A stretch of 64,000 nt of DNA from assembly GCF_964355755.1 (NCBI RefSeq), contig NC_092673.1:12496948-12560947 (forward strand). The letters run 5' to 3'. Made by a program: the position numbers and the translations under genes. The stretch is from Antedon mediterranea (lineage: Eukaryota; Animalia; Echinodermata). The notes below the pieces were generated by a model, which worked only from the letters and a program-made list of their open reading frames with translations, did not search any database and was not told where the DNA came from. Of the stretch, positions 11,275 to 22,569 are shown piece after piece (the first letter of the stretch is position 1; the number at the start of each line of letters is the position of its first letter).

Positions 11275-12084
11275 GGCGCGTTTATACAACACGCTATTAC
11301 ACGCATATTCTACACGCCTACGAGAAGTGTGTTGTATAACAACAAAGAGATTCCGTGTAATGAGATTTTAATTGCAAAAAAGGCTACTTGGCTGAATCCT
11401 AAAATTTGGTGGATTCCCGGTCGCCGTTACCGTGTTGGAAGTGTCCTCAGGGTATATTTTGACCTCTCGTTAAAACAGGTCGTAATATCAATCATGTCAT
11501 GCGACGTCTAACAAGATTGGGCCCATTTATTGCTGCTTCGCTGCCAGCAATCATCCTCCTACCACGTCTTACGCCTAGCCTGGTTGGGCCAACCAACTCG
11601 TAGTGGTAGTAGGCCTCTATAGACTATCGTTTCCCACTCCAAACAGAATAAAAAATAACATCGCAAAAATGGCATCTTCTTCCATAGTGTATAGATGAAA
11701 TAATGAAACCCTTAAAATAACTTTTATTAATTTAAATGAACCGAGAACAAAATAAACAACAATGCAAACGTGAACGAATACAATAATGAAAATGGTAAAA
11801 ACCGCGCGAATACATCGGACAGCGAGGAGAGGCGACGATGATTGTTGCAGGGAGTTGTTGACAACTCCCTGATTGTTGACAACCCAGCCAACAATTCAAT
11901 TCAAGCGATCAACGATTTGACCTTTTATCCTAGCATGCACTGCGTGTTGATGAAACTTCCGGTACAACACGGTATCGTGATTTCTAGTATAACAGCAAAC
12001 GTTAAGGTGGGTTGACCTCGGTCCGAACAACACGCTAAAAATTAAAGCCGTGTTCAAATTTAGGGTGTTGTATAAACACGACCT
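11275..12084. mobile_element. MITE with 3-bp TAG target duplication (PIF/Harbinger-like)
   Basis: Imperfect TIR ggcgcgtttatacaacac / gtgttgtataaacacgacc. The empty site is visible in the paralogous repeat at ~13052-13090 (acagtgtagcatagacaaaattacgagaccc). Confidence 0.75.
11848..11871. mobile_element. 24-bp mini inverted repeat with 7-bp TSD (P-element-like remnant or excision scar)
   Basis: attgttg|cagggagttg-ttga-caactccctg|attgttg. Confidence 0.6.
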
Positions 12085-12089
12085 TAGAT

Positions 12090-13730
12090 CAAATTACGAG
12101 ACCCATCTTTTAATCCAATTTTTAACACGATGACGTCATCAAATTGACATATAGACATATTGCACACAAAATGATTATGGCATTATGACCTGAAATAAAG
12201 AATATGACATCTTGTTAGTGCTGATTTCTCTGTCTATGTGTCACACAGTATACAGAGTATAATGTGTATACACAATAGATGAAATTTCGTGACCCGCCAT
12301 TTATTGCAATTTTTAAGATGGTGACGGATTTAAAATGAAACACTAAGATAACAATTAAGAAAGGCAATTTTCTTAGCAACAAAATATTAACGTGTAGAAG
12401 AAATTTGTATACGTAAAATATAGATTCGCGCTCTTTTAAATGTGATGAACTATGACGCAAAAGATGAAAATACGACTTTATTTATTCAACTGGCCATATG
12501 ATGACGTCACGACATCTGATTGGCAAAATGTTCACATGAATTCGTATCTACAATCCAATAGTTTCCAGAAAACGTTTTAATCATGATTATCACTTTTTAT
12601 TCTGACGAGTTATAACATATTGAAATTTACTGTAAAGATGAAAATAGGTGACCCACGTTATTTACATTTTTAGACATGATGACGTAATACAATTTAAAAT
12701 ATTTTTAAGTCATACGAAAGATAGTTGATTGACCTAGACAGTATTAAAATATCTGAGGAAATGGAATACGTATAAGCGAGATGCGCTCTATTTAATATGA
12801 TGAGCAATAACGAAAGAGTAAAAAATCCTATATTTTACATTCGTGTGGCCATACGATGACGTCATAACATCCGAGGAGTAAAGATTCTACATGAATTCAT
12901 ATCTACAACATATCTGCTTACATATTAAATTTTAAAAATTGAACCTCGACAATTATTATGCAATCCTATGACATGAAATAAATATCTTTACAGTGATATT
13001 TTGTAGCATACATCATGTTACAGTATTTACAGAATACACTGTATATGTTATATACAGTGTAGCATAGACAAAATTACGAGACCCATCTTTTAAATCCAAT
13101 TATTAACACGATGACATCATCAAATTGACATATAAAGATAATTTTAGAAGATAAATATCTAAATAATTACATTAAAACAAATTTTAAGAATTTTGGGCAC
13201 GTAAAGTGAGATGCGCTCTCGTTTAAACGCAATGAACTTTTATGCAAGAGGTGAAAATATGACTTTTTGAATTCAACTGGCCATATGATGACGTCACAAC
13301 AACTGATTGACAAAATATTGACATGAATTCGTATCTAAAATCCAATAGCTTCCAGAAAGCGTTTTAATAATGATTATCACTTATAATTCTGACGAGCTAT
13401 AACCGATTGAAATTTACTGTAAAGATAAAAATAAGTGACCCAAATTATTTATATTTTTAGACATGATGACATCATAAAAATTAAAATATTTTTAACTCAT
13501 GCGAAAGATAGTTGATTGACCTAGATAGTATTAGAATATATGAGGAAATGGAATACGTATAAGCGATATGCGCTCTATTTAATGTAATGAGCAATAACGA
13601 AACAGTCAAAAATCCAATATTTTACATTTGTGTGGCCATACGATGACGTCATAACATCCGAGGGGTAAAGATTCTGCATGAATTCATATCTAAAACATAT
13701 CTGCTTACATATTAAATTAAAAAAATTGGG
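12090..13730. repeat. Two diverged tandem copies of a several-hundred-bp unit
   Basis: Shared blocks, e.g. aattacgagacccatctttt (12092/13072), ttcaactggccatatgatgacgtcac (12485/13272), tggccatacgatgacgtcataacatccgagg (12846/13633). Confidence 0.85.
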
Positions 13731-13893
13731 GGTAACGGTTGATCCTGAGGAGCTATAATAGATTCAAAGTAGGCATAATTTTGACAATATTTTGTCACTT
13801 TTGCAACTAAAACGCACGCAAATTGTCTAAATCAACGTGTTCGTATGACGTCATTTTAATTTGAAATGATGTCAATCTTTTTTAAAATGACTA

Positions 13894-14732
13894 CCGTATA
13901 TTTCGGTGTATAAGTCGCACCTGTGTATAAGACGCACCCCCAACTGAGAGTAAAAATCGGTATTTTTTATATCGTCGATGTATAAGACGCACCTTATATT
14001 TCATCAAAACAATGTTTTTTTAAATTGTAATCAATATTATTGTAATAATATATTTTGTTATATCTACAACGGCGTCCTTTATTTAGGTTTCTTCTTACCT
14101 AGGCTCTACCGCGCCCAGCCTCAACAAGTTCTTTCTAACTTGTTATTCATGAGTTTCGCCGCAACATCGAGTGCATGACCGTGTGTGTAACACGCACGTG
14201 TGTGGGCTAGCCTCGCTCGATCATTTCGAGAGGGCGCACGTTTTCACGAACAATCGTATTCGATTAGTATCTATGTATCCGAGAAGTGTGTACGCCAGGT
14301 CCATGCTATGATCACCTGGAGAATATACTAGTCGAATACCGTACAACATGTGCCACCAAAAGAAGGGCTTGGGGTACGGCGATCGTGCGTATAACTAGTA
14401 TAATAAATACTATTCCAATCGTAAGACGTAAACGTTTACAAATGAAATTTTATCGGAGCGCCATAATGAACAAATCTTTTCATCATATTTAGTATAACAT
14501 CATGCTAAAATGACTTGAAAACTAGGCCTAGGCAGAAGCAGGTTGCCGTTACATTAGTTAGTTACTGTAGCTAGGCCTAGCCTACTCAGGCCTAGCAAAC
14601 GAGGTGACGATAGCCTAGGCCTATATGTACAATCTGTGTGGTGAGGCATTATGTTCGGTGTATAAGACGCACCCTTAATTTAGAGGTCAAATTTGCGTGT
14701 CAAAAGTGCGACTTATACACCGAAATATACGG
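13894..14732. mobile_element. Tc1/mariner (pogo/Tc2-like) MITE
   Basis: TA|ccgtatatttcggtgtataagtcgcac ... gtgcgacttatacaccgaaatatacgg|TA; internal tataag(a/t)cgcac repeats. Confidence 0.9.
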
Positions 14733-15188
14733 TAAGAAAGGCTGTAAAATAATAATTCAAGAAAAAAACACATGATTTTCATGCTCCGTGCGCACCTTAC
14801 GCGTAAATTGTTTCGCACGCGCATGTCATGATCAGCGTAGAAAGTTGATTAGAAATTAATTTTGCGCATTTTTAAATTTTAAATGCGCGTGCGCGCGTAA
14901 CTTCTTGTGAAACATGTCATTTTTAATCCATAGAAAGTTTGCCCTTGATATGACTTAAATTTTCACTAAGTGTCAAAACAAAATGACTTTTAGTTTATAA
15001 TCTATGATCAATCATTGAAATTCATAAAATCGTGTTTCTTGCACATCTACAGCTACAGGTCAATCTTTTGACAAAGTTATACAAAGTTATGTTCACAAGC
15101 AATAGGGGATATGCGATGCACAAAAATCCGGGAAAGAAAGAAGAATAACAAAGAAGAAGATGAAAAAAAAGAAATTTACAATCACAAG

Positions 15189-15352
15189 GGTTATCCGCAA
15201 CTTAAAGTTGCGGATAACCAAAAAAAATTTGATGAAACAGGACGATTACAAGGAGTTATCCGCTACTAAGCGGATAACTAATAATACAGAAAAAAAAAAA
15301 TTTGATGAAACAGGACGATTACAAGGAGTTATCCGCTACTAAGCGGATAACT
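15189..15352. repeat. Three stacked terminal hairpins (Helentron/HINE-type ends), two of them in a ~73-bp tandem duplication
   Basis: ggttatccgcaact-taa-agttgcggataacc, then agttatccgct-acta-agcggataact twice. Confidence 0.75.
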
Positions 15353-16107
15353 AATTATAAGCCTAGTGTAGTTGTGTTCGAAAAAATTAGTATATTGTTT
15401 TTTATGTTTTTTTTTATAATAAGAGATTGCTTGCAATACATAAATTTGCACCGAACTAGCTTGTGCTGATGGCTGCAGTAATTACATGTATTTAAATTAT
15501 TCCCTATTTTTATGAATTACATCTTTTTGTCTTTTTTTAATTATATACGCCCTAAACTAAATGTTTTAGATGAATGGTTTTACTCATTATTTTGCCGAGA
15601 CATTTTAGGAATTACCGGTTAAGTTTACTATCCATCTCTTTGCTTTGTATTTTTATATTTAATGTCTACATTTATATAATAACACTGCAGAACATTGTAT
15701 ATTGGTGACGTTTATTCTGCAATATATATTACATAAATAAAACCTTTAGGTTATTTTTTTAGATCTTATCAACATGTGCATGTGTGGCGCTAGTATAGGG
15801 AATTAATCTCGTTGAGTGTGTATAATCTTAAATGCATACTGTGTGTGTGTGCACTATAGGCCTACCCATTGTTATTGGGGCAAAATTGTTGAAGTATACC
15901 ACTTCAATATTACATGAGAGTCACTAATTAAAAATTGGTTCGGAAGGGATGGAAAAAAAAAATAGGTTATTTGAACTTACACCTTTAAATCGGTGGCACT
16001 TAATCAATGACAATTGGTGCTTTAGTAAGTAGAAATCACAAATTCACAAACTTAACTAAACAAATATGTAAAAAACAAAAACAAAAATGCATAAACATTA
16101 AAGTCCA

Positions 16108-17646
16108 ATGACACATTACCATCCACTCCTGAAAAAGGAGAAAGATATGATTTCAACGGTTCATAAAATTCTTCCAAAAGAAATTGCTAAATCAATTTGT
16201 CAAACCGGATCAAGGTTAGCTCATTTGTATGGATTGCCTAAAACACACAAAGAAAAGTTATCTATGAGACCAATCTTGTCAGCAACAGGTACCTACAATT
16301 ATAAATTAGCTCAGTGGCTGGATGAGAAGTTGAAACCGCTATCCCAGAACGCATATACAATAGATGATGTATTTAGCTTTGCAGCTGATATACGCTCCAC
16401 CGTTATTAATGCTAGTGATATTTTGGTATCATATGATGTCTCGTCCTTATTCACAAATGTTCCTTTAACCGAGACAATTCAAATTATTGCTGATAAAGCA
16501 TTTACTAACAACTGGTTCAATGATAATTATGGACTAAACTTAGATAAGGACGATTTAATTGTACTCCTCAATATAGCAACGAAAGATCAGCTATTCCAAT
16601 TTAATGGTAACTTGTATGAACAGGTTGATGGAGTTGCAATGGGATCACCTCTAGGGCCCCTTATGGCAAATGTATTTATGTGCCACATCGAGGAACGCCT
16701 TGAATCTACGAACCACATGCCCAAATACTACAAACGGTATGTTGATGACACACTAGTATTCATGCCAAATCTAGAAGCAGCCAATGAATTTTTAGCTTTA
16801 CTCAACACAACCCATCCTGCGATAGCGTTCACAATGGAAACTGCCGTGAACAATTCAATCCCTTTCCTAGGAATGCTGATAACCAAAGATTTGGAAAAAT
16901 TGCACACACGGGTTTACAGAAAGCCAACAGACACAGGCTTATTGCTACACTACAATAGTCACGTTGACAACAAGTATAAAAGGTCACTTATTATAACTAT
17001 GTTAAATCGAGCTTACAAACTATCGTCGACCCACCAGCTTTTTAATGATGAATGTGAAATTCTAAGGAAGATTTTTAAGCGTCTGAAATATCCAGATGAA
17101 CTAATAACAACAACCATACAGAACTTTAAACCAGCAGAGAGCAATAACAACACTGCAGAAGATGAAACAGATCTATCCGAAATACCAGTGCAAATCATCC
17201 TGCCATTCAAAGACCAGAAATCTGCGAACTCCGTCAAGCGACAACTATGCCAACTAAGTCACAAGATAAACAAAAACATTGTCCCTGTATTCATAAGTAA
17301 AAAAGTTAAAGATAACATTAGGAAAGTCGAAAAGAAACCAACTATTATAAGTCAACAATGTGTTGTGTATAAATTTAAATGTGACTTGTGCGATGCAAGT
17401 TATGTTGGATATACATGCCGACACCTCTACCAACGCATTGTTGAACATAGTAGATGCTTAATAGGACAGCATTTGAAGGATCATAAAGTGATTGTTAATC
17501 CCAGTAAAATTAATTCATGTTTTAGTATACTTAGGAAATGCAAAAACAAATTTGACTGTCTTATCTATGAAATGTTGTATATCAGACAATTAAAACCTAG
17601 TCTGAATAAACAAAGTGACTCTGTAAAAGCTAAGCTTTTCATTTGA
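16108..17646 (+). CDS. PLE reverse transcriptase + GIY-YIG endonuclease, N-terminally truncated
   Basis: LYGLPKTHK, SYDVSSLFTNVP, GVAMGSPLGP, RYVDD, VYRKPT, CVVYKFKC..CDASYVGYT.RHLYQRIVEH. Confidence 0.92.
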   Translation: MTHYHPLLKKEKDMISTVHKILPKEIAKSICQTGSRLAHLYGLPKTHKEKLSMRPILSATGTYNYKLAQWLDEKLKPLSQNAYTIDDVFSFAADIRSTVINASDILVSYDVSSLFTNVPLTETIQIIADKAFTNNWFNDNYGLNLDKDDLIVLLNIATKDQLFQFNGNLYEQVDGVAMGSPLGPLMANVFMCHIEERLESTNHMPKYYKRYVDDTLVFMPNLEAANEFLALLNTTHPAIAFTMETAVNNSIPFLGMLITKDLEKLHTRVYRKPTDTGLLLHYNSHVDNKYKRSLIITMLNRAYKLSSTHQLFNDECEILRKIFKRLKYPDELITTTIQNFKPAESNNNTAEDETDLSEIPVQIILPFKDQKSANSVKRQLCQLSHKINKNIVPVFISKKVKDNIRKVEKKPTIISQQCVVYKFKCDLCDASYVGYTCRHLYQRIVEHSRCLIGQHLKDHKVIVNPSKINSCFSILRKCKNKFDCLIYEMLYIRQLKPSLNKQSDSVKAKLFI

Positions 17647-17736
17647 CAGGATGTTAGACAATAGGTCTTTTGTTATTTAAACTTTGACCCTTGGCTTGTG
17701 CTACTTAATTAGTTGTTGTTTTATATTTTATTCATT

Positions 17737-17777
17737 GGACTTGATAATGACCCCATGATGGAGTCGAAACGTCGTTC
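17737..17777 (+). ncRNA. Minimal type I hammerhead ribozyme, U3/A8 core variant
   Basis: ggac-UUGAUAA-u-gac c cca uga ugg a guc-GAAAC-GUC-guuc: helix I ggac/guuc, helix II, palindromic ACGU helix III, GUC cleavage triplet. PLE pseudo-LTRs are known to carry such motifs. Confidence 0.75.
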
Positions 17778-20232
17778 TCTTTTAAGCGTTATTTTTATAT
17801 TATGTATTTACAATAAACGTACTCTCATTCGTAATTTGAAACGCGATGACCAGCTTCACTTGTTCAGGAGACTTGAACAGTGTAGCAAGAAATTAGTAAG
17901 CTGTGAAACGTCAATTGAATTTCTTCAATTATGTCAAAACCTTGGACTCACTCCGACATTTGCTAAAGTGGATCAGGAAAAGTCAAAGAGATGGAGCAAT
18001 TCTGCTAAATTCTTTGAGAAAAATGTAATATCGGAAGAGCTGAAAGCGAAGCTGAAACTTCTTAGTAATCTCAGAAAAGAAATAAATACTATTTACACAG
18101 AAATCAGAAGTCAATGTTCGTCATTTCGTTATCTCGCTATACTTCAGACTATGACCAAGCTACGCTGTAATCAGTATGGAGCAGAAATGAATGGACATTC
18201 TAAGAAAATCGCAAACCTAATGTACAGAGGTAAGAATGTGGATGAACACATCATTAATATATCATCATATAGACTATCGTTCTTTCAAAAGCTAGCGCTC
18301 AGCCGTGGCTTACAATTTGCTTACCCTCACCGAGTTTCATCCAGGGAAATTAAAGCAAATTTCGAGAAAGCGTACTGGAAGCTGGAGCCTAAAATTGTTG
18401 GTGAGGAAACTAAAGAATTAACAGCAGCTACTCTAAAGTCTATCGCACTTAATTATATAGAAAGGAAAGGACCATCCCCACCAAAAGCCTTAACAAGAGC
18501 ACTTGGCCAATTAAAGAAGAGAGATGATATAATCATCACAAAGCCAGACAAAGGATCAGGAGTAGTAGTCATGGATAGAAGTGAATATGAACATTTATTA
18601 TGTGAAGCATCAGTCAACAATGTTTCCAAATTTATACCAATCTCTACTGAACAACCAAGAACAAGAGGAAGACCAATGACACATTACCATCCACTCCTGA
18701 AAAAGGAGAAAGATATGATTTCAACGGTTCATAAAATTCTTCCAAAAGAAATTGCTAAATCAATTTGTCAAACCGGATCAAGGTTAGCTCATTTGTATGG
18801 ATTGCCTAAAACACACAAAGAAAAGTTATATATGAGACCAATCTTGTCAGCAACAGGTACCTACAATTATAAATTAGCTCAGTGGCTGGATGAGAAGTTG
18901 AAACCGCTATCCCAGAACGCATATACAATAGATGATGTATTTAGCTTTGCAGCTGATATACGCTCCACCGTTATTAATGCTAGTGATATTTTGGTATCAT
19001 ATGATGTCTCGTCCTTATTCACAAATGTTCCTTTAACCGAGACAATTCAAATTATTGCTGATAAAGCATTTACTAACAACTGGTTCAATGATAATTATGG
19101 ACTAAACTTAGATAAGGACGATTTAATTGTACTCCTCAATATAGCAACGAAAGATCAGCTATTCCAATTTAATGGTAACTTGTATGAACAGGTTGATGGA
19201 GTTGCAATGGGATCACCTCTAGGGCCCCTTATGGCAAATGTATTTATGTGCCACATCGAGGAACGCCTTGAATCTACGAACCACATGCCCAAATACTACA
19301 AACGGTATGTTGATGACACACTAGTATTCATGCCAAATCTAGAAGCAGCCAATGAATTTTTAGCTTTACTCAACACAACCCATCCTGCGATAGCGTTCAC
19401 AATGGAAACTGCTGTGAACAATTCAATCCCTTTCCTAGGAATGCTGATAACCAAAGATTTGGAAAAATTGCACACACGGGTTTACAGAAAGCCAACAGAC
19501 ACAGGCTTATTGCTACACTACAATAGTCACGTTGACAACAAGTATAAAAGGTCACTTATTATAACTATGTTAAATCGGGCTTACAAACTATCGTCGACCC
19601 ACCAGCTTTTTAATGATGAATGTGAAATTCTAAGGAAGATTTTTAAGCGTCTGAAATATCCAGATGAACTAATAACAACAACCATACAGAACTTTAAACC
19701 AGCAGAGAGCAATAACAACACTGCAGAAGATGAAACAGATCTATCCGAAATACCAGTGCGAATCATCCTGCCATTCAAAGACCAGAAATCTGCGAACTCC
19801 GTCAAGCGACAACTATGCCAACTAAGTCACAAGATAAACAAAAACATTGTCCCTGTATTCATAAGTAAAAAAGTTAAAGATAACATTAGGAAAGTCGAAA
19901 AGAAACCAACTATTATAAGTCAACAATGTGTTGTGTATAAATTTAAATGTGACTTGTGTGATGCAAGCTATGTTGGATATACACCTAGACCTACACCTAC
20001 ATATAGACACCTCTACCAACGCATTGTTGAACATAGTAGATGCTTAATAGGACAGCATTTGAAGGATCATAAAGTGATTGTTAATCCCAGTAAAATTAAT
20101 TCATGTTTTAGTATACTTAGGAAATGCAAAAACAAATTTGACTGTCTTATCTATGAAATGTTGTATATCAGACAATTAAAACCTAGTCTGAATAAACAAA
20201 GTGACTCTGTAAAAGCTAAGCTTTTCATTTGA
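17755..20232 (+). CDS. Full-length PLE RT + GIY-YIG protein (first ATG at 17755; frame open from 17713)
   Basis: Uninterrupted ORF with PLE N-terminal motifs (LALSRGLQF, ITKPDKGSGVVVMD), RT and GIY-YIG; 18-bp in-frame insertion at ~19981. Confidence 0.93.
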   Translation: MMESKRRSLLSVIFILCIYNKRTLIRNLKRDDQLHLFRRLEQCSKKLVSCETSIEFLQLCQNLGLTPTFAKVDQEKSKRWSNSAKFFEKNVISEELKAKLKLLSNLRKEINTIYTEIRSQCSSFRYLAILQTMTKLRCNQYGAEMNGHSKKIANLMYRGKNVDEHIINISSYRLSFFQKLALSRGLQFAYPHRVSSREIKANFEKAYWKLEPKIVGEETKELTAATLKSIALNYIERKGPSPPKALTRALGQLKKRDDIIITKPDKGSGVVVMDRSEYEHLLCEASVNNVSKFIPISTEQPRTRGRPMTHYHPLLKKEKDMISTVHKILPKEIAKSICQTGSRLAHLYGLPKTHKEKLYMRPILSATGTYNYKLAQWLDEKLKPLSQNAYTIDDVFSFAADIRSTVINASDILVSYDVSSLFTNVPLTETIQIIADKAFTNNWFNDNYGLNLDKDDLIVLLNIATKDQLFQFNGNLYEQVDGVAMGSPLGPLMANVFMCHIEERLESTNHMPKYYKRYVDDTLVFMPNLEAANEFLALLNTTHPAIAFTMETAVNNSIPFLGMLITKDLEKLHTRVYRKPTDTGLLLHYNSHVDNKYKRSLIITMLNRAYKLSSTHQLFNDECEILRKIFKRLKYPDELITTTIQNFKPAESNNNTAEDETDLSEIPVRIILPFKDQKSANSVKRQLCQLSHKINKNIVPVFISKKVKDNIRKVEKKPTIISQQCVVYKFKCDLCDASYVGYTPRPTPTYRHLYQRIVEHSRCLIGQHLKDHKVIVNPSKINSCFSILRKCKNKFDCLIYEMLYIRQLKPSLNKQSDSVKAKLFI

Positions 20233-20322
20233 CAGGATGTTAGACAATAGGTCTTTTGTTATTTAAACTTTGACCCTTGGCTTGTGCTACTTAATTAGTT
20301 GTTGTTTTATATTTTATTCATT

Positions 20323-20363
20323 GGACTTGATAATGACCCCATGATGGAGTCGAAACGTCGTTC
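20323..20363 (+). ncRNA. Second copy of the minimal hammerhead ribozyme
   Basis: Identical to 17737-17777, 2586 bp downstream. Confidence 0.75.
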
Positions 20364-20416
20364 TCTTTTAAGCGTTATTTTTATATTATGTATTTACAAT
20401 AAACGTACTCTCATTC

Positions 20417-21292
20417 GGGTCTGTTTCTGCTGAAAAAACAAAATAATCGATTTTTTCCAGTCACCGCAAACCACAAAAATAATCGCATTGCAATTCAAAA
20501 TTGCTACGACTTTAATCGGCTATTCAGATAATCGGTTTTTTAAATTACGTCATCATTCCATTCCCCCACAGCGCAGTTCAAGTTATGAAAGGCCGATGAG
20601 AGTTGGTTTGTTCATATCCTATGGCTGCCTAAAACTCTCACATGTAGGATTAAAAATTACTCTTACGTAAAGCTATATTATTTGTAAAATAAACATCTAG
20701 GCCTACTACCGTACAACATACAACAGAATAATGATGTTATATTAATAAGGACACGTCGGTCGGCCGTTCGTTGGTTCTACCTTCGGCCTGCTATTACTAG
20801 GCCTATAGGCTATATATTTCTACCGAAACAAGTCAACAGACAACAGGCCTAAAAAATGACATGTAAAACATCGTTGGCCTGGACTGGTGGTATGTAATGG
20901 GTGTACTTGTAACACAGAATCCTGGAGTCTCTCGGTATAATTCTCTCCCACAAAATAATAAAAATCAAATGCTTAACATTTGATTGTTATTCGGTCTACA
21001 TTGCGATCGTGGTTTTGCTGATCGTCGTCGATATCGAGCAAATAAACAGCATGCTTTTTGACGTGAATAAGTTTGTCATATATATATATATATATACTCT
21101 AGAGGTCAAAGTGAGGTCAATAATCGGTTAAAACAAGAAATAATCGATTAAAACACGCAATGGATTGAGTGTTTTTAATTGGTTATTTTTAATCGGTTAT
21201 TTTATTTTGAGCCGTTTGTGCTACCCAAAAATAATCGATTAACAAAATAAACGGTTAATAATCGATTATTTCTGCTCAGCAGAAACAGGCCC
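20417..21292. mobile_element. MITE with GGG..CCC termini (PIF/Harbinger-like)
   Basis: gggtctgtttctgctga...aataatcgatt / aatcgattatt...tcagcagaaacaggccc; left end abuts the PLE 3' end. Confidence 0.7.
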
Positions 21293-21849
21293 TACAACAA
21301 AATAACAATTTAAAACTTAAATTAACTGATGTTCAGTAATACAGATCTTAATCTAATATAAAGATTGAACATGTTTAATTTCTTTTTTTCCAAGCTCTCT
21401 TGGCATAATGTTTACAAAATCTATCAAAAATCTGCTCTACTTTACTTAGTAATATGGGTTGTTTCTCTGAGTACCCTTTTTGAATGATGGTGACATTTAA
21501 CCTAAAAGTATAGTGAACTGGCATGATAGATACAAATTCCTAATCAAGCTAAACAAGTGCCAGATTGAATTTTCAAAAGCATTTACACCCATTAATCAGC
21601 ATGACATGTAGTTTTCCCAGTTGTAAGATATCTAGACCACCATTATTTACTTGTCTTTGCTGTGGTATTTTGGTTTAGTGATTCATTGTTTATAAATAAG
21701 CTTTATTTTCAATGTAATTAATTTATTGTTAATGTATAACTTACTTAAACTTTTTTTTTTAAATTTAAATATAGATTATGGTTGGAGGCCTATATGTTAC
21801 ATCTTACAGGACAGTAGTCATCTCGTTTGAATTTTTGTTCACATAGTGC

Positions 21850-22390
21850 AAACTTTAGCAAGAAGGAACATTTTAGTCAAGCTGTTCAATATTCACCGAA
21901 TATAAAAAAACTTAATTTTGCAAACTATGAAATAATGAGTTATATTCACGTGCGTTTCGTTAACATCTTTTGTTCTTCATCATCTTGTTTATATGGTACA
22001 AACTGTAGCAAGTCGAAGGTGGAGTGGTAATGGAAAATTCTAGTCTAGTTGTTACATAACAAATAAACAAACAGTAAAAGGATCTAATTTTGCACTAAAC
22101 ATGAGTTATATTAAAGTATGTTACGTAATATTTAGTTCGTATTTGGTATAAACTGTAGCAAGTCAGAGGGGGAGGAGGTAAGAAAATATGTAGTCAAGCT
22201 GTTACATTTAAAATTAGCTTTAAATAACAATATAACATTGATAAATAGTAATGGAATCTAATTTTGTAAAATAACAATGAGTTATATTCACGTGCGTTAC
22301 ATTATCGAGTGTTCTTGATCATATTGTTTGTCTATATGGTGCAAAGTTAATTAATGTAGGAGGGTTGGAGAGGGGTAAGGGATAAGTTAT
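21850..22390. repeat. Diverged ~180-bp tandem repeat; related copy at 34190-34580
   Basis: Recurring aaactgtagcaagtc..ggaggag/g..tagtcaagctgttaca..gagttatattcacgtgcg; the block at 22280-22360 matches 34400-34480. Confidence 0.75.
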
Positions 22391-22569
22391 AAATACATAT
22401 CATTCATTGCCAACATTATGTGACACACGATAATGAACAGCACAGACATTTGTGTATCAACGATCTTTTAATTCACGTAGACTCTGGAAAAACCCTATAG
22501 CATAAAAGAAAAAACATACTAAATTCAAGATTACAAGCAAAGCTGTATTAAACATGGCAAAATGCTTAA

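Larger units (their letters stand above)
8975..15352 (+). mobile_element. Helentron remnant with long subterminal duplications and terminal hairpins (extent approximate)
   Basis: PIF1-EEP ORF, diverged repeats at 12090-13730, GAA-rich tract and palindromic ends at 15189-15352. Confidence 0.55.
16105..20417 (+). mobile_element. Penelope-like element (PLE): 5'-truncated copy (16105-17831) in tandem with a full unit (17832-20417)
   Basis: Near-identical direct copies; both end in aataaacgtactctcattcg; RT + GIY-YIG ORFs. Confidence 0.95.

Noticed and set aside
17013-20034. Duplicated minus-strand ORFs in the PLE
   Set aside because: Antisense shadows of the RT ORF, duplicated with the element.
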